Part shown: piece after piece, positions 51,201-62,182 of the stretch
How the letters are laid out: the number at the start of each line of letters is the position of its first letter
Numbering within the stretch: the stretch's first letter is position 1
Assembly (NCBI GenBank): GCA_027317865.1
Contig: DAHVQG010000001.1
Span: 128,001-192,000, forward strand
Direction of reading: 5' to 3'
Source of the DNA: Bdellovibrionales bacterium
GTDB lineage: Bacteria > Bdellovibrionota > Bdellovibrionia > Bdellovibrionales > UBA1609
Length of the DNA stretch: 64,000 nt
Made by a program: the position numbers and the translations under genes
The notes under the pieces: model-generated
Told to the model about the DNA's origin: nothing
The model's database searches: none
Seen by the model: only the letters and a program-made list of their open reading frames with translations

Positions 51201-52413
51201 CGAACGTGAACGGTTTAAACTTGTTTACGGTTCGGTGCTAAACGTAAAAGAAGGTGACAGCGTTAAGAAGGGCGACGTTTTGGCGGAGTGGGATCCCTAT
51301 TCCAACCCGATCATCGCCGACATGACCGGCATCATCCGCTTTGACAATATTGAAGAGGGCGTCACGATGTCCGAACAAGTGGACGCTGTGACCGGATTTT
51401 CGACCAAGGTTATAACGGATTCAAAAGGCGCCGATGCGAAGCCAACTGTTTCTCTGACGGATTCGAGCGGCAAAACAATGAATTTGCCGAATCGTGAAAT
51501 TCCGGCCCGGTACATTTTGCCGGTGGGAGCGCAACTTCTGGTCTCAGAGGGCAAAGAAGTTCATGCTGGCGATGTGATCGCAAAAATTCACCGTCAGACG
51601 ACGAAAACACGCGATATTACAGGCGGTCTGCCTCGTGTGGCGGAACTTTTCGAAGCTCGTAAACCGAAAGAATCAGCGGTCATTTCTGAAATCGACGGCT
51701 ATGTGACTTTCGGTCAAGACGTCAAAGGTAAACAACGGGTCATTATCACGCCGGAAATCGGCGAGCAGAAAGAATATTTAATTCCTAAAGGTAAGCATGT
51801 CACGGTTCGCGAAGGCGAATTTATAAAAGCTGGCGAGCCGCTGATGGATGGACCGATCAGCCCGCATGATATTTTGCGCGTGCTTGGCGATAAAGAACTT
51901 GCCGCGTACTTGCTCAATGAAGTGCAGGAAGTTTACCGGCTACAAGGTGTTTCGATTAACGATAAACATATTGAGATTATCGTGCGTCAAATGTTGCGAA
52001 AAGTTTCGGTGAACGATCCTGGCGATACGCTATTTATCTCGGGTGAAAATGTTGAGAAATATCTTTTTGACGAGATGAATGAAAAGGCGATCAAAGAGGG
52101 CGGCAAACCGGCGATAGCCGAACCGTTGCTCCTTGGGATCACAAAGGTTTCATTGAGCACTGAAAGCTGGATATCGGCAGCTTCGTTTCAAGAAACCACG
52201 AAGGTTCTTACAGAAGCGGCGATTCAATCGCGTTCTGACAATTTGCGCGGCTTAAAAGAAAACATCATTATGGGTCGGCTCATACCGGCCGGTACGGGTG
52301 TGCCATCTTATAAGCGATGGAAAATAGTCGTGGATGAATCTGAAGCTGAAACTTCGGCGGCATTGCCGGGTATGGGGATTGGGGCTTCAACCACGGCAGG
52401 TGCGCAGGTTTGA
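48274..52413 (+). CDS. rpoC: RNA polymerase beta' subunit
   Basis: [10 protein letters not shown] catalytic motif and Zn fingers. GTG start after GGAGGAG. Confidence 0.99.
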   Translation: MKDLLNFFDKPKDPLSFHAVRISLASAEMIREWSHGEVKKPETINYRTFKPERDGLFCAKIFGPIKDYECLCGKYKRMKYRGVVCEKCGVEVTQSKVRRERLGHIELATPVAHIWFLRSLPSRIGNLLNMTLKDVEKVLYCEAYVVVDPMETALEEFQVLTEEAYQSALAEHGPNFKAMMGGEAILELLKKVDIEYLSRKLRMDLKETKSDAQIKKLSKRLKVVEAFKGSINKPEWMMLAALPVIPPDLRPLVPLDGGRFATSDLNDLYRRVINRNNRLRRLEELNAPDIIIRNEKRMLQEAVDALLDNGRRGKTFTGPNKRPLRSLSDMLKGKQGRFRQNLLGKRVDYSGRSVIVVGPELKLHQCGLPKKMALELFKPYVYNKLEERGFATTIKQAKKLVEEEEVEVWDILSEVVKEHPVLLNRAPTLHRLGIQAFEPILHEGKAIQLHPLVCTAFNADFDGDQMAVHVPLSVEAQVEARVLMMSTNNILSPAHGKPIINPSQDIVLGIYWMTRIRVGAKGTGKIFSGIDEAIYAFETGQIDLQAACKVRIHGKVQETSVGRAILSDIVPREVPFEAINRVMTKKTIANLIDSSFRLAGAKSTVILADKLMRLGFKFSTQAGISICIDHMAIPANKEKLLKDAEKQVFEIKRQYDEGLITDGERYNKVVDIWAQTADKVAKEMMTNLETQTFKIEGKEVESASFNPIFIMADSGARGSAAQIRQLAGMRGLMAKPSGEIIETPITANFREGLTVLQYFISTHGARKGLADTALKTANSGYLTRRLVDVAQDVIVTEIDCGTTDGMTITPLLEGGEVIQPIGERILGRVVLEDITDPYTNEVIVAANEEVTEDVVRKLDEAGIERVQIRSVLTCKAHRGVCVKCYGRDLARGSIVNLGEAVGIIAAQSIGEPGTQLTMRTFHLGGAASRAVEQSVHTARHEGTVKFHDVHAVANRTGKLTTLSRNGEIATVDNSGRERERFKLVYGSVLNVKEGDSVKKGDVLAEWDPYSNPIIADMTGIIRFDNIEEGVTMSEQVDAVTGFSTKVITDSKGADAKPTVSLTDSSGKTMNLPNREIPARYILPVGAQLLVSEGKEVHAGDVIAKIHRQTTKTRDITGGLPRVAELFEARKPKESAVISEIDGYVTFGQDVKGKQRVIITPEIGEQKEYLIPKGKHVTVREGEFIKAGEPLMDGPISPHDILRVLGDKELAAYLLNEVQEVYRLQGVSINDKHIEIIVRQMLRKVSVNDPGDTLFISGENVEKYLFDEMNEKAIKEGGKPAIAEPLLLGITKVSLSTESWISAASFQETTKVLTEAAIQSRSDNLRGLKENIIMGRLIPAGTGVPSYKRWKIVVDESEAETSAALPGMGIGASTTAGAQV

Positions 52414-52460
52414 ACGTAAAACGGTAGAATAGTAACAAGTACCGTGACGAAGCAGCGTAT

Positions 52461-52489
52461 TTGACAAAAAAAGAGGGCTGGGATAGCTT
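52461..52489 (+). promoter_or_regulatory. Putative sigma70 promoter of str operon
   Basis: TTGACA-N17-TAGCTT upstream of rpsL. Confidence 0.6.
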
Positions 52490-52518
52490 GTGCGCCCAGC
52501 GTAAGAAAGAGGAATTGG

Positions 52519-52896
52519 ATGCCCACAATTAACCAGTTGATTCGCAGTCAAAGGCGATTGCAAAAGTCAAAATCGAAATCACCGGCGCTTACACAGTGTC
52601 CGCAACGGCGTGGGGTATGTACCCGGGTTTTCACAACCACTCCCAAAAAGCCAAATTCAGCGTTGCGAAAAGTTGCGCGTGTTCGTTTATCAAACGGTTT
52701 TGAAGTGAACTCATATATACCTGGCATCGGCCACAACTTGCAGGAGCACTCGGTTGTGCTCATTCGCGGCGGCCGGGTAAAAGATTTGCCAGGGGTTCGT
52801 TACCATATCATTCGAGGCGTTCTTGATACACAAGGTGTGCAAAACCGGATGTGTGGTCGATCAAAATATGGCGCGAAGAAACCCAAAAAGGCGTGA
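52519..52896 (+). CDS. rpsL: 30S ribosomal protein S12
   Basis: [10 protein letters not shown] and [12 protein letters not shown]. Confidence 0.99.
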   Translation: MPTINQLIRSQRRLQKSKSKSPALTQCPQRRGVCTRVFTTTPKKPNSALRKVARVRLSNGFEVNSYIPGIGHNLQEHSVVLIRGGRVKDLPGVRYHIIRGVLDTQGVQNRMCGRSKYGAKKPKKA

Positions 52897-52904
52897 GGTA
52901 GAGT

Positions 52905-53378
52905 ATGGCGCGTAGAAAGAAAAGTTCCCGACGAGAAGTTGCTGCCGACCCGATTTTCAATGATGTGACGGTTTCGAAGTTTATAAACAAAATTATGTTA
53001 GACGGAAAACGTAGCACGGCTGAGCGAATTTTTTACGATTCACTTGAGCAACTCAAAGGCAAAGTGGCCAGCGAAGAGCCGATTTCGGTATTCAAAAAAG
53101 CGGTTGAAAACTGCAAACCCTCCCTTGAGGTGCGATCACGTCGCGTCGGCGGGGCAACATACCAAGTTCCATGCGATGTGCGTCCTTCTCGCCGGTTATC
53201 GCTGGCTATGAAATGGATTGTGATATATGCCCGTGAGCGCGGAGAAAAAACGATGTCTGCGCGGTTAGCTGGCGAAATGTTAGATGCCTACAACAATCGC
53301 GGCAATGCCATTAAAAAGCGCGAAGATGTTCACAAGATGGCAGAAGCCAATAAGGCGTTCTCCCACTACAACTGGTAG
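52905..53378 (+). CDS. rpsG: 30S ribosomal protein S7
   Basis: [12 protein letters not shown] and [11 protein letters not shown]. Confidence 0.98.
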   Translation: MARRKKSSRREVAADPIFNDVTVSKFINKIMLDGKRSTAERIFYDSLEQLKGKVASEEPISVFKKAVENCKPSLEVRSRRVGGATYQVPCDVRPSRRLSLAMKWIVIYARERGEKTMSARLAGEMLDAYNNRGNAIKKREDVHKMAEANKAFSHYNW

Positions 53379-53512
53379 TAGAAGGTTAAAGCGGCCTATT
53401 ACGGTATTTAATTTGGTTGCTTTAACGGTGGTGCGTACGAACGTGCGCATCCGTCGATTCGTCACGACTTGCGCCTGGACCTTTTTGAATTGCATGGCAT
53501 AGAATACATCCA

Positions 53513-55594
53513 ATGAATTCTGACGATCTTAAGTTAACTCGCAATATCGGTATTATGGCGCATATTGATGCCGGTAAAACAACAACAACCGAGCGCATTC
53601 TTTTTTACACGGGTAAAAGTCATAAAATGGGCGAAGTCCATGAAGGTAATACGGTCATGGATTGGATGGTACAAGAGCAAGAGCGCGGTATCACAATCAC
53701 GTCTGCGGCGACCACCTGCTTTTGGAAGAACCATCGTATCAACATCATCGATACTCCCGGGCATGTAGACTTTACTGTTGAAGTGGAACGTTCGTTGCGT
53801 GTACTGGATGGCGCCATAGCTGTTTTTGATGGAGTTAATGGTGTTGAACCGCAATCGGAAACGGTTTGGCGACAAGCTGACAAATACAAAGTTCCTCGCG
53901 TTTGTTTCATAAACAAAATGGATCGTGTCGGCGCCGACTTTGACATGAGCGTTCGTACAATCAAAGAGAAATTAGGTGCGAATCCTGTCGCAATCCAAAT
54001 GCCGATTGGCGCAGAGTCTGATTTTGTCGGTTACGTCGATTTGATTGAGCAAAAGTCCGTCATTTGGGCAAAATCGGGACTAGGCGATGAATTTGTGACG
54101 GGGCCGATTCCTGAAGAATTGCAAGAAAAAGCTGCCAGTGGCCGCGAAAAGCTTCTTGAGACGATCGCCGAATGGGATGACGGCATCATGGCTCGTTATT
54201 TGAACGGCGAAACGATCACGGCGACAGAAATTCGAACGACTCTGCGCAAGTGCACGCTCGAACTCAAAACGACGCCTGTTCTTTGCGGAGCGGCCTTTAA
54301 AAACAAAGGTGTACAGCCGCTCCTCGATTCGGTGATTGATTATTTACCGAGCCCGCTCGACGTACCCCCTGTGGTCGGGCACGATCCGGAGCGGCCAGAT
54401 AAAGAAATTATTTGTAAAACGCAGAGTGATGAGCCGGTTGCGGCGTTAGCTTTCAAAATTGCCACCGATCCTTTCGCTGGGACGTTGACCTATTTGCGTG
54501 TCTATTCGGGCGAAATCAAAGTGGGTATGCAGTTGCTTGTCCCGCGCGAAGGTAAAAAAGAACGTATCCAAAAATTGGTTAAAATGCATGCGAACTCCCG
54601 GCAAGAAATACAAACGTTAAGTGCTGGCGATATTGGCGCGGCGATCGGCCTTAAATTTACGGCCACTGGTGATACGCTATGTGAATCTCGTCGGCCTGTT
54701 TTACTTGAAACCATTCACTTTCCGGAACCGGTTATTTCGGTCGCAATCGAAGCGAAGTCACAAGCTGATCAAGATAAAATGTTGCAGGCACTCGAACGTC
54801 TTCAAAAAGAAGACCCCTCGTGCCGAGTTCGACGAGACAGCGAAACGGGACAAATGCTACTTTCTGGAATGGGTGAGCTGCATCTTGAAATATTGGTGGA
54901 CCGTCTTCTTCGAGAATTTAAGGTGCAAGCTAACGTCGGCAAGCCGATGGTTTCGTTTCGCGAGACCATTACTTCAACGGTTTCCGCAACCGGCACCTTT
55001 CAGCGTGAAATTGCTGAAAAAAAGCACTTTGCTCAAGTTGAGGTTGAACTTTCACCAGCGCAACGCGGTACCGGCTTTCAATTTCACCCGCCTGAAAAGC
55101 CCATCGCAAATCTGACCGACGAGTTTTTGCGGGCGATCAAGACCGGAGCACACGAGTCGAGCGAAGTGGGCGCTTTGGCGGGATATCCGTTGATCGATGT
55201 CATGGTTCGGCTGAAATCGGCCGTTGTGCGGCCAGACGAAGCTTCGGCTATGGCTTTTAAAATAGCTGCGGCAAATGCCTTTCGCGAGGCGCTTCGTAAC
55301 TCCAGGTCACAGCTTCTTGAGCCAATATTTAAAGTAGAGGTGACCACCCCAGACGAATTCATGGGGAATGTCATAGGCGATTTGAATTCAAGGCGGGGCA
55401 AGGTTCATGGCATGATGCCCCGAGGGTCAGTACAAATTATACGTGCCGAAATGCCACTTATGACCATGTTTGGCTACGCGACTGACCTTCGCTCCATATC
55501 ACAAGGGCGAGCCACATTTAGCATGGAATTTCTAGAGTACGCCATGGTGCCACCCAAGGTGGAGCAGGAAATCTTGGCGAAAATGGGCCGGTAA
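53513..55594 (+). CDS. fusA: Elongation factor G (divergent domain IV; EF-G2/spdEFG2-like)
   Basis: [23 protein letters not shown] and GMGELHLE. Domain IV loops are non-canonical. Confidence 0.93.
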   Translation: MNSDDLKLTRNIGIMAHIDAGKTTTTERILFYTGKSHKMGEVHEGNTVMDWMVQEQERGITITSAATTCFWKNHRINIIDTPGHVDFTVEVERSLRVLDGAIAVFDGVNGVEPQSETVWRQADKYKVPRVCFINKMDRVGADFDMSVRTIKEKLGANPVAIQMPIGAESDFVGYVDLIEQKSVIWAKSGLGDEFVTGPIPEELQEKAASGREKLLETIAEWDDGIMARYLNGETITATEIRTTLRKCTLELKTTPVLCGAAFKNKGVQPLLDSVIDYLPSPLDVPPVVGHDPERPDKEIICKTQSDEPVAALAFKIATDPFAGTLTYLRVYSGEIKVGMQLLVPREGKKERIQKLVKMHANSRQEIQTLSAGDIGAAIGLKFTATGDTLCESRRPVLLETIHFPEPVISVAIEAKSQADQDKMLQALERLQKEDPSCRVRRDSETGQMLLSGMGELHLEILVDRLLREFKVQANVGKPMVSFRETITSTVSATGTFQREIAEKKHFAQVEVELSPAQRGTGFQFHPPEKPIANLTDEFLRAIKTGAHESSEVGALAGYPLIDVMVRLKSAVVRPDEASAMAFKIAAANAFREALRNSRSQLLEPIFKVEVTTPDEFMGNVIGDLNSRRGKVHGMMPRGSVQIIRAEMPLMTMFGYATDLRSISQGRATFSMEFLEYAMVPPKVEQEILAKMGR

Positions 55595-55646
55595 TCGCAG
55601 GCGTAACTTCTTACGGCAGTATGCTTTACTGTTGGGCATTCTCCAG

Positions 55647-55676
55647 TTGACAAACATTGCGCTCAAACGGCATATT
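55647..55676 (+). promoter_or_regulatory. Putative sigma70 promoter of S10 operon
   Basis: TTGACA-N18-CATATT in the fusA-rpsJ spacer. Confidence 0.5.
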
Positions 55677-55841
55677 CGCGGTCTCGTAGTCTTGACCTAT
55701 TTCTTGAGACAAAAAGGTTCGAGTCGGGCGCGCGCGCTTCATGATTTTAAAAATTGCGCGAATTGTATGATTGCCTGATACCGACATCTTTCAATATCTC
55801 ACGGAAAGGGTCGTTATTTGCGGAGAATTTTGGAGAATACC

Positions 55842-56159
55842 ATGCAAAGCCAGCGCATACGAATCCGGTTAAGAGCCTTTGACCACAAACTGTTAGATCA
55901 ATCGACGAAAGAGATCGTTGAAACTGCACGCCGTACTGGTGCAAGAATTGCCGGGCCGATTCCGCTCCCGACGAGAATTAACCGTTATACAGTACTGCGC
56001 TCGCCACACGTGGATAAAAAATCTCGCGAACAGTTTGAAATACGAACGCATAAACGAATGCTCGATATTCTAGAACCCACGCAACAAACTATCGATCAAC
56101 TGATGAAACTTGATCTTTCAGCAGGTGTCGATGTCGAAATCAAACTCTCGGCGGTGTAA
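55842..56159 (+). CDS. rpsJ: 30S ribosomal protein S10
   Basis: GPIPLPT and [21 protein letters not shown] before ATG 55842. Confidence 0.98.
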   Translation: MQSQRIRIRLRAFDHKLLDQSTKEIVETARRTGARIAGPIPLPTRINRYTVLRSPHVDKKSREQFEIRTHKRMLDILEPTQQTIDQLMKLDLSAGVDVEIKLSAV

Positions 56160-56161
56160 AA

Positions 56162-56821
56162 ATGAGCGAAAATGAATCAAAGACTATTGAACTAGATAGT
56201 CTCTACGCTTTCAAAGTGGGTATGTCTTCGTATTACAACGACAAAGGTGAAATGCAATCCGCCACTGTTTTGCGGTACGAACCAATGTTAGTTTCGCAAA
56301 TAAAATCCAAAGAAAAAGAGGGCTATGTAGCTGTTCAAGTTGCATTTTGCCCGAAACGCGCCAAACGCACGAGTAAATCTGAAAAAAACCATCTCAAAGG
56401 AACGGGCTTTGAAAACGGAGCTCATTTTGTTCGAGAACTTCGATTGAACATCCCCGAGGGCGTCGCTGTCGGTTCTCGTGTAAGCATTGAGAGTTTAAAA
56501 GTTGGCGATACGGTTAAAGTTACCGGAACATCAAAAGGCAAAGGCTTCATGGGAGTTATGCGCCGTTGGAACAATCAAGGCGGACCAGGGGCTCACGGTT
56601 CTGGCTTTCATCGTAGTCCTGGCTCAAGCGGTAACCGTACGTGGCCGGGTCGTGTGATGCCGGGCAAGAAATTTCCGGGCCATTTGGGGGATGAAACTGT
56701 AACGGTTAAAAATCTTTCGATTTTAGATGTTGTCCCTGAAGAAAACGTGATCATCGTTCGAGGGGCAGTGCCTGGGGCGGCGAATTCTCTAGTTCAACTG
56801 ACGAAGGTGAGTGGAGCATAA
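56162..56821 (+). CDS. rplC: 50S ribosomal protein L3
   Basis: GTSKGKGF and GRVMPGKKFPG; S10 synteny. Confidence 0.96.
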   Translation: MSENESKTIELDSLYAFKVGMSSYYNDKGEMQSATVLRYEPMLVSQIKSKEKEGYVAVQVAFCPKRAKRTSKSEKNHLKGTGFENGAHFVRELRLNIPEGVAVGSRVSIESLKVGDTVKVTGTSKGKGFMGVMRRWNNQGGPGAHGSGFHRSPGSSGNRTWPGRVMPGKKFPGHLGDETVTVKNLSILDVVPEENVIIVRGAVPGAANSLVQLTKVSGA

Positions 56822-56824
56822 TTT

Positions 56825-57487
56825 ATGGCTAAGGTAGACGTTGTTGATTGGGAAAATAAAAAGGTCGGCCAAGTCGATTTGTCATCTGAGATTTTTGAAC
56901 AGCCAGTGAAAAAGTCTGTGCTTCATTCTGTGATTAGGTGGCAGCTTGCTTCGCGGCGCCGCGGAACACACAAAGCAAAAACCCGCGGTGAAGTTAGTGG
57001 TGGCGGCAAAAAGCCATTTAAGCAAAAAGGAACGGGTTCAGCACGTCAAGGTTCGTCGCGGTCGCCGGTTCTTGTCGGCGGCGGCACGGTCTTTCCGCCG
57101 AAGCCAAGAGATTATTCATATGTTCTTCCCAAAAAATTGAAGCAAGAAGGTTTAAAATCGGCACTCTCTCATCTTTTTGCAAGCGGCCATCTCGTTGTGT
57201 TGAATGAAATGACGTCCACAGAGGGGCGAACAAAGGAATTGGCTGGTCGACTCAATAAATTAGGCCTGAAAAAAACAGTTTTGATTTCGGGCAAAGAAGA
57301 TAAATTGATGTCTCGAGCCGCTCGCAATATGCCAAAAGTTCGCTATTACACGGTCGCCGGGCTTAACGTTTATGATCTTCTAAAATACGACAGCGCGGTT
57401 TTGGCAAAAGACTCCTTGAGCGAGATTGCCGTTCGTTGCGGGCTTGATCATGCGAAAGCGTCTAAAGCTAAAGGTGGAGGTCAATAG
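56825..57487 (+). CDS. rplD: 50S ribosomal protein L4
   Basis: KTRGEVSGGGKKPFKQKGTG.ARQGS. Confidence 0.97.
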   Translation: MAKVDVVDWENKKVGQVDLSSEIFEQPVKKSVLHSVIRWQLASRRRGTHKAKTRGEVSGGGKKPFKQKGTGSARQGSSRSPVLVGGGTVFPPKPRDYSYVLPKKLKQEGLKSALSHLFASGHLVVLNEMTSTEGRTKELAGRLNKLGLKKTVLISGKEDKLMSRAARNMPKVRYYTVAGLNVYDLLKYDSAVLAKDSLSEIAVRCGLDHAKASKAKGGGQ

Positions 57488-57489
57488 GT

Positions 57490-57768
57490 ATGTATCAGAT
57501 TATCAAGCGGCCTCTTGTTTCGGAAAAAAACAGCGTTCTTACCGAACAAGGTATTTACGTATTTGAAGTTGATCGCGCGGCCAATAAGTACGAAGTCAAA
57601 AATGCCGTTGAAAAGCTTTTTCGAGTGAAAGTGCGATCGGTAAAAACATCGGTTTGCAGAGGCCGGGCGACGCGAAACAAATTAGGTTTCAGCTCGGTGA
57701 AGTACTGGAAAAAAGCAATGGTTCGTTTAGCGCCTGGCGAAAAGATCAGCCTATTTGAAGGAGCATAG
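57490..57768 (+). CDS. rplW: 50S ribosomal protein L23
   Basis: PLVSEK, ANK.EVK.AVE and WKKA. Confidence 0.96.
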   Translation: MYQIIKRPLVSEKNSVLTEQGIYVFEVDRAANKYEVKNAVEKLFRVKVRSVKTSVCRGRATRNKLGFSSVKYWKKAMVRLAPGEKISLFEGA

Positions 57769-57771
57769 TCG

Positions 57772-58602
57772 ATGGGAGTTAGAACATATCGGCCAGTAAC
57801 AGCGTCCCGGCGTGAAATGACTGGTTATGATTTTTCTGAAATTACGAAGTCGAGACCCGAAAAATCTCTAACGCGATCTCTGTCGCGTAAGGCGGCTCGT
57901 AACAATACGGGAGCCATAACGATTTGGCACAAGGGCGGTGGTCATAAACGGCGTTATCGTTTTATTGATTTTTTGCGAGATAAGACCGGTGTCCCAGCGA
58001 AGGTTGTAGCTATTGAGTACGATCCAAATCGGACTTGCCGAATCGCGCTTATTTCTTATGTCGATGGAGTAAAATCCTATATTTTGGCTCCGGTTGGGCT
58101 CAATGTCGGCGACACCGTGTTGTCGGGAGATTCAGCCGATATTAAGCCGGGTAACACAAAAAAACTGAGTTTGATTCCCGCAGGTACAACCGTACACAAT
58201 ATCGAGCTTCGTCCTGGTAAAGGTGCCCAGATTGCACGTGGTGCCGGTGCCGGTGCCGTTTTAATCGGTAGACTCGGCGAGTACAGTCAGGTGCGTTTGC
58301 CCTCTGGCGAAGTCCGCAAAGTTTTATCGGTTTGTCGAGCAACAATTGGTCAAGTTGGTAATACAGATCACGAAAATATTAGTTGGGGTAAAGCAGGCCG
58401 TCGCCGTTGGCGCGGTATCCGGCCGTCTGTTCGTGGTATGGCGATGAACCCAATCGATCACCCTCATGGTGGCGGTGAAGGCGTTGGTAAAGGACATCAT
58501 CCGGTCACGCCTTGGGGCAAACCATGCAAAGGCTTTAAAACTCGCAATAATAAACGCACAGATTCAATGATTGTTAGACGTAGAAATGTGAAAGGAATGT
58601 GA
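57772..58602 (+). CDS. rplB: 50S ribosomal protein L2
   Basis: IEYDPNR and [14 protein letters not shown]. Confidence 0.98.
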   Translation: MGVRTYRPVTASRREMTGYDFSEITKSRPEKSLTRSLSRKAARNNTGAITIWHKGGGHKRRYRFIDFLRDKTGVPAKVVAIEYDPNRTCRIALISYVDGVKSYILAPVGLNVGDTVLSGDSADIKPGNTKKLSLIPAGTTVHNIELRPGKGAQIARGAGAGAVLIGRLGEYSQVRLPSGEVRKVLSVCRATIGQVGNTDHENISWGKAGRRRWRGIRPSVRGMAMNPIDHPHGGGEGVGKGHHPVTPWGKPCKGFKTRNNKRTDSMIVRRRNVKGM

Positions 58603-58605
58603 GCT

Positions 58606-58902
58606 GTGGGTCGTTCGGTTAAAAAAGGTCCATTTTTGGATCATCACTTATTAAAGAAGATAAACGCAGCGGTTAAATCGGGCGATCGCAAGGTAATTAA
58701 AACCTGGTCGCGTCGTTCGGTTATTCTACCTGAAGCGGTTGGGCTGACGTTTGCGGTTCATAACGGCAAAAAATTCGTGCCGGTTTATGTGACGGAAAAC
58801 ATGATTGGCCACAAGCTCGGTGAATTTGCCCCGACACGTCAGTTTGGCGGTCACTCTGAACGTAAAGCTGAAGCGGCAGCTGCTCCCGCGAAAGGAGCCT
58901 AA
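58606..58902 (+). CDS. rpsS: 30S ribosomal protein S19
   Basis: KTWSRRS and [11 protein letters not shown]. Confidence 0.98.
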   Translation: MGRSVKKGPFLDHHLLKKINAAVKSGDRKVIKTWSRRSVILPEAVGLTFAVHNGKKFVPVYVTENMIGHKLGEFAPTRQFGGHSERKAEAAAAPAKGA

Positions 58903-58904
58903 CC

Positions 58905-59240
58905 GTGGAAGTTAAAGCAGATTTGAAATACGTGCGCGTAGGTTCGCAAAAAGCGCGAATTGTCGCTGACGCAATTCGCGGCAAAAATGTGAACGATGCA
59001 ATTCGGATTTTGGCTTTTATGCCAAAAAAGACCGCGGTGTTTATGAAAAAGCTTGTGGAGTCAGCCGTTGCAAACGCTGAGCAGAAAAAAGTCATCGATG
59101 TAGATAATTTATTTGTGAAAACCGTGCTTGTTGACGAAGGACCGGATTTGAAGCGATTTCGTCCTCGAGCTCAAGGGCGCGCCTTTACGGTGCGAAAAAA
59201 AACGAGTCACATATCACTCGTCTTGGATGAGAGAACATAG
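58905..59240 (+). CDS. rplV: 50S ribosomal protein L22
   Basis: SAVANAE and KRFRPRAQGRA. Confidence 0.97.
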   Translation: MEVKADLKYVRVGSQKARIVADAIRGKNVNDAIRILAFMPKKTAVFMKKLVESAVANAEQKKVIDVDNLFVKTVLVDEGPDLKRFRPRAQGRAFTVRKKTSHISLVLDERT

Positions 59241-59261
59241 ACACGAAAGGTTAGGTGGAGT

Positions 59262-59936
59262 TTGGGTCAAAAGGTCAATCCGATCGGTTTACGAGTAGGA
59301 GTCATTCGCACTTGGGACTCGCGATGGTTCGCCAAAGGCGCACAATATGCCGAAAATTTGCACGAAGACTTTAAATTACGAAAGTACATAAAAGATAAAT
59401 TGAAGCACGCCGGTGTTGCAAAAATCGAAATGGAGCGCGCGGCAAAAAAGCTTAAAGTCATTATTTCAACTGCCCGTCCTGGTGTTGTCATTGGTAAAAA
59501 AGGTACTGGAATCGATGCGTTGAAGGCCGACATCCAGAAACTCACGCCGAGCGAAGTTTTCGTGAATATTCAAGAGGTGCGTAAGCCTGATTTAGACGCG
59601 CAATTGGTTTCGGAAAGCATTGCACTGAAACTTGAGAAGCGCGTTTCGTGGCGAAAAGCGATCAAGATGGCGATGGCCGCATCGCTTCGAAGTGGTGTGC
59701 GTGGAATCAAAGTCATGGTGGCTGGCCGTTTAGATGGCGCCGAGATTGCGCGTACTGAATGGTACAACGAAAAGAGCGTTCCACTTCATACTTTGCGCGC
59801 CGATATCGACTACGGAACAGCAGAAGCGCTTACGACATATGGTTTGATCGGCGTAAAAGTTTGGATCTATCGCGGCGATATTATGTCGGCTAAAGAAGTT
59901 CAGGAGGCCAATCGTGTTAAGTCCAAAGAAGGTTAA
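59262..59936 (+). CDS. rpsC: 30S ribosomal protein S3
   Basis: [20 protein letters not shown] and [12 protein letters not shown]. Confidence 0.98.
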   Translation: MGQKVNPIGLRVGVIRTWDSRWFAKGAQYAENLHEDFKLRKYIKDKLKHAGVAKIEMERAAKKLKVIISTARPGVVIGKKGTGIDALKADIQKLTPSEVFVNIQEVRKPDLDAQLVSESIALKLEKRVSWRKAIKMAMAASLRSGVRGIKVMVAGRLDGAEIARTEWYNEKSVPLHTLRADIDYGTAEALTTYGLIGVKVWIYRGDIMSAKEVQEANRVKSKEG

Positions 59937-60321
59937 ATGGCGTCGTCAACATCGCGATGGCTTCAAGGGTGTTGCCTATCGCGGTAGCACAATATCATTT
60001 GGAGATTACGCGCTAGCGGCGATGGCTCCAGGTCGCGTGACCGCACGCCAGTTAGAAGCGAGCCGGATTGCGATTAGCCGTTCGGTAAAGCGCGGCGGAC
60101 AATTGTGGATGCGAGTATATCCGGATCGTCCCATCACCAAAAAGCCCGCCGAAGTTCGGATGGGTAGCGGAAAGGGTGCGCCTGAACTTTGGGTTGCTAA
60201 TGTTTTACCGGGACGTATTTTGTTTGAAATTAACGGAGTGACTCGGCAGCAAGCCGAAGATGCGTTTCGTCTTGCGCAACACAAATTGCCGATTCGAACT
60301 AAATTTTTAAGTCGCGAATGA
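59914..60321 (+). CDS. rplP: 50S ribosomal protein L16
   Basis: [13 protein letters not shown] and KLPI. Confidence 0.97.
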   Translation: MLSPKKVKWRRQHRDGFKGVAYRGSTISFGDYALAAMAPGRVTARQLEASRIAISRSVKRGGQLWMRVYPDRPITKKPAEVRMGSGKGAPELWVANVLPGRILFEINGVTRQQAEDAFRLAQHKLPIRTKFLSRE

Positions 60322-60331
60322 GAGAGTAATT

Positions 60332-60523
60332 ATGGAGTACAAAGACATACAAGATCTGACTGTTGAAGAATTACGTAAGCGCCGTCAGACAATGAGCGAA
60401 GAATTATTTCAATCCAAGATGAAACTGACGCTCGGTCAGCTCGGCAATCCGCTTTCGGTGCGAGCGCTTCGTCGAGATTTGGCGCGTATTAACACTCTTC
60501 TGTCAGCAAAACTGTCGAGATAA
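60332..60523 (+). CDS. rpmC: 50S ribosomal protein L29
   Basis: GQL.NP...R..RRDLARINT; synteny. Confidence 0.94.
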   Translation: MEYKDIQDLTVEELRKRRQTMSEELFQSKMKLTLGQLGNPLSVRALRRDLARINTLLSAKLSR

Positions 60524-60534
60524 TTGAGGTAATT

Positions 60535-60843
60535 ATGTCAAATTCAGAGAAAAAAACTGCGACGAACACTTCAAGAAAAAAACGAAACGAAGTTGTTGGC
60601 GTTGTAGTCAGCGATAAAATGGCCAAAACAATTTCAGTGCAAGTTTTTTCGCTCGTGAAACATTCTCGTTATGGCAAATATATTCGCAAGTCGTCCGTCT
60701 TTAAGGCGCACGACGAAAAAAACGAGGCGAAGCAGGGTGATTTAGTTCGCATTCATGAAACGCGTCCATTAAGCAAAACTAAACGTTGGACATTAGCTGA
60801 AGTTGTTGAAAAATCCAAACAGGTCGCGGGAGTTGAAGTATGA
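60535..60843 (+). CDS. rpsQ: 30S ribosomal protein S17
   Basis: [14 protein letters not shown] and [11 protein letters not shown]. Confidence 0.97.
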   Translation: MSNSEKKTATNTSRKKRNEVVGVVVSDKMAKTISVQVFSLVKHSRYGKYIRKSSVFKAHDEKNEAKQGDLVRIHETRPLSKTKRWTLAEVVEKSKQVAGVEV

Positions 60844-61208
60844 TTCAGATGCAAACGCGATTGAAGGTCGCCGATAATTCAGGCGCTCGCGAAGTCCAGT
60901 GCTTGAAAGTCCTCGGCGGTAGTAAGCGCCGATATGCTCAGATTGGCGACATTATTGTCGTGTCCGTGAAAGACGCGATGCCTAATTCTAAAGTGAAAAA
61001 AGGTGATGTTGCGAAAGCGGTCATCGTAAGAACAACACAGAAACTACGCCGGGCTGATGGCAGCTATTTGCGGTTTGACGACAATTCGGCGGTTCTTATC
61101 AACGCAGCCCTTGAGCCAGTTGGCACTCGGATATTTGGTCCCGTGGCTAGAGAGTTGCGCGCAAAGAAGTTTGTGAAAATTATATCGTTGGCTCCAGAAG
61201 TTTTGTGA
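60840..61208 (+). CDS. rplN: 50S ribosomal protein L14
   Basis: [20 protein letters not shown] and SLAPEVL. Confidence 0.98.
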   Translation: MIQMQTRLKVADNSGAREVQCLKVLGGSKRRYAQIGDIIVVSVKDAMPNSKVKKGDVAKAVIVRTTQKLRRADGSYLRFDDNSAVLINAALEPVGTRIFGPVARELRAKKFVKIISLAPEVL

Positions 61209-61230
61209 TGAGCCAAGCGGGAGAAATGCA

Positions 61231-61770
61231 GTGAGCGCATTATTTGATAAATATAAAAATGAAGTCGTGCCCCAGTTGAAAAAGCAACTGAATGCAGCAA
61301 ATGTTCACCAGGTGCCAAGGCTTGAAAAGGTCGTTTTAAGCGTATCCACAGGTGAAGTGGTTAAGAATCCAAAAATCGTGAATAACATAGTGGATGAGCT
61401 GACCGCCATCGCCGGGCAAAAGGCGCTGATAACACGCGCCAAAAAAGCCATTTCAAATTTCAAATTGCGCGAAGGAATTCCGTTGGGTGCCACGGTAACT
61501 CTACGCCGTGAACGAGCCTGGGTTTTTCTTGAGAAACTCATCCATTTTAGTTTGCCTCGCGTTCGCGATTTTCGCGGTCTTTCGCCAAAAGGGTTTGATG
61601 GACGCGGCAACTACAATATGGGCGTAAAAGAGCAAATTATTTTCCCTGAGGTTGAGTACGAAAAAGTGGACATGATGCGCGGTATGAACATTACCATTTG
61701 CACTTCTGGTAAAACTGACGAGCAAGGTCGTGCGCTTCTTGAAGCGCTGGGCATGCCATTCCGGAAATAA
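61231..61770 (+). CDS. rplE: 50S ribosomal protein L5
   Basis: FKLREG, LPRVRDFRG and FDGRGNY. Confidence 0.98.
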   Translation: MSALFDKYKNEVVPQLKKQLNAANVHQVPRLEKVVLSVSTGEVVKNPKIVNNIVDELTAIAGQKALITRAKKAISNFKLREGIPLGATVTLRRERAWVFLEKLIHFSLPRVRDFRGLSPKGFDGRGNYNMGVKEQIIFPEVEYEKVDMMRGMNITICTSGKTDEQGRALLEALGMPFRK

Positions 61771-61786
61771 AAGGAGTTACTGAGAA

Positions 61787-62176
61787 ATGGATACAGTTGC
61801 TGAGTTTTTGACAAGAATACGCAATGCGGGACTGGCAAAACACGAAAAAGTCGATGTGCCGTCCTCGAACATGCGTGTTGGTATAGCGTCAATCTTGCAG
61901 AAGAATGGTTACATTCGGAGTTTCAAAATCGCTCGCGATGGCAAGCAAGGCATGATGCGCGTCTATTTGCGCTATAACCCCAAAGGTGACCCGATTATCC
62001 GCAAAATTGTACGCGAAAGCACGCCCGGGTTGCGAAAATATTTGGCGGCAAAAGCGATTCCGAATGTGCGTCATGGTTATGGAGTGGCCGTACTGAGCAC
62101 CAGCAAGGGCATCATGACTGGCGAAGAAGCAAAAGAACAAAAATTGGGTGGCGAATTACTATTTCGAATTTGGTAG
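61787..62176 (+). CDS. rpsH: 30S ribosomal protein S8
   Basis: LTRIRNA, STPGLR.Y, STSKG and GGE. Confidence 0.97.
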   Translation: MDTVAEFLTRIRNAGLAKHEKVDVPSSNMRVGIASILQKNGYIRSFKIARDGKQGMMRVYLRYNPKGDPIIRKIVRESTPGLRKYLAAKAIPNVRHGYGVAVLSTSKGIMTGEEAKEQKLGGELLFRIW

Positions 62177-62182
62177 GTGTAT

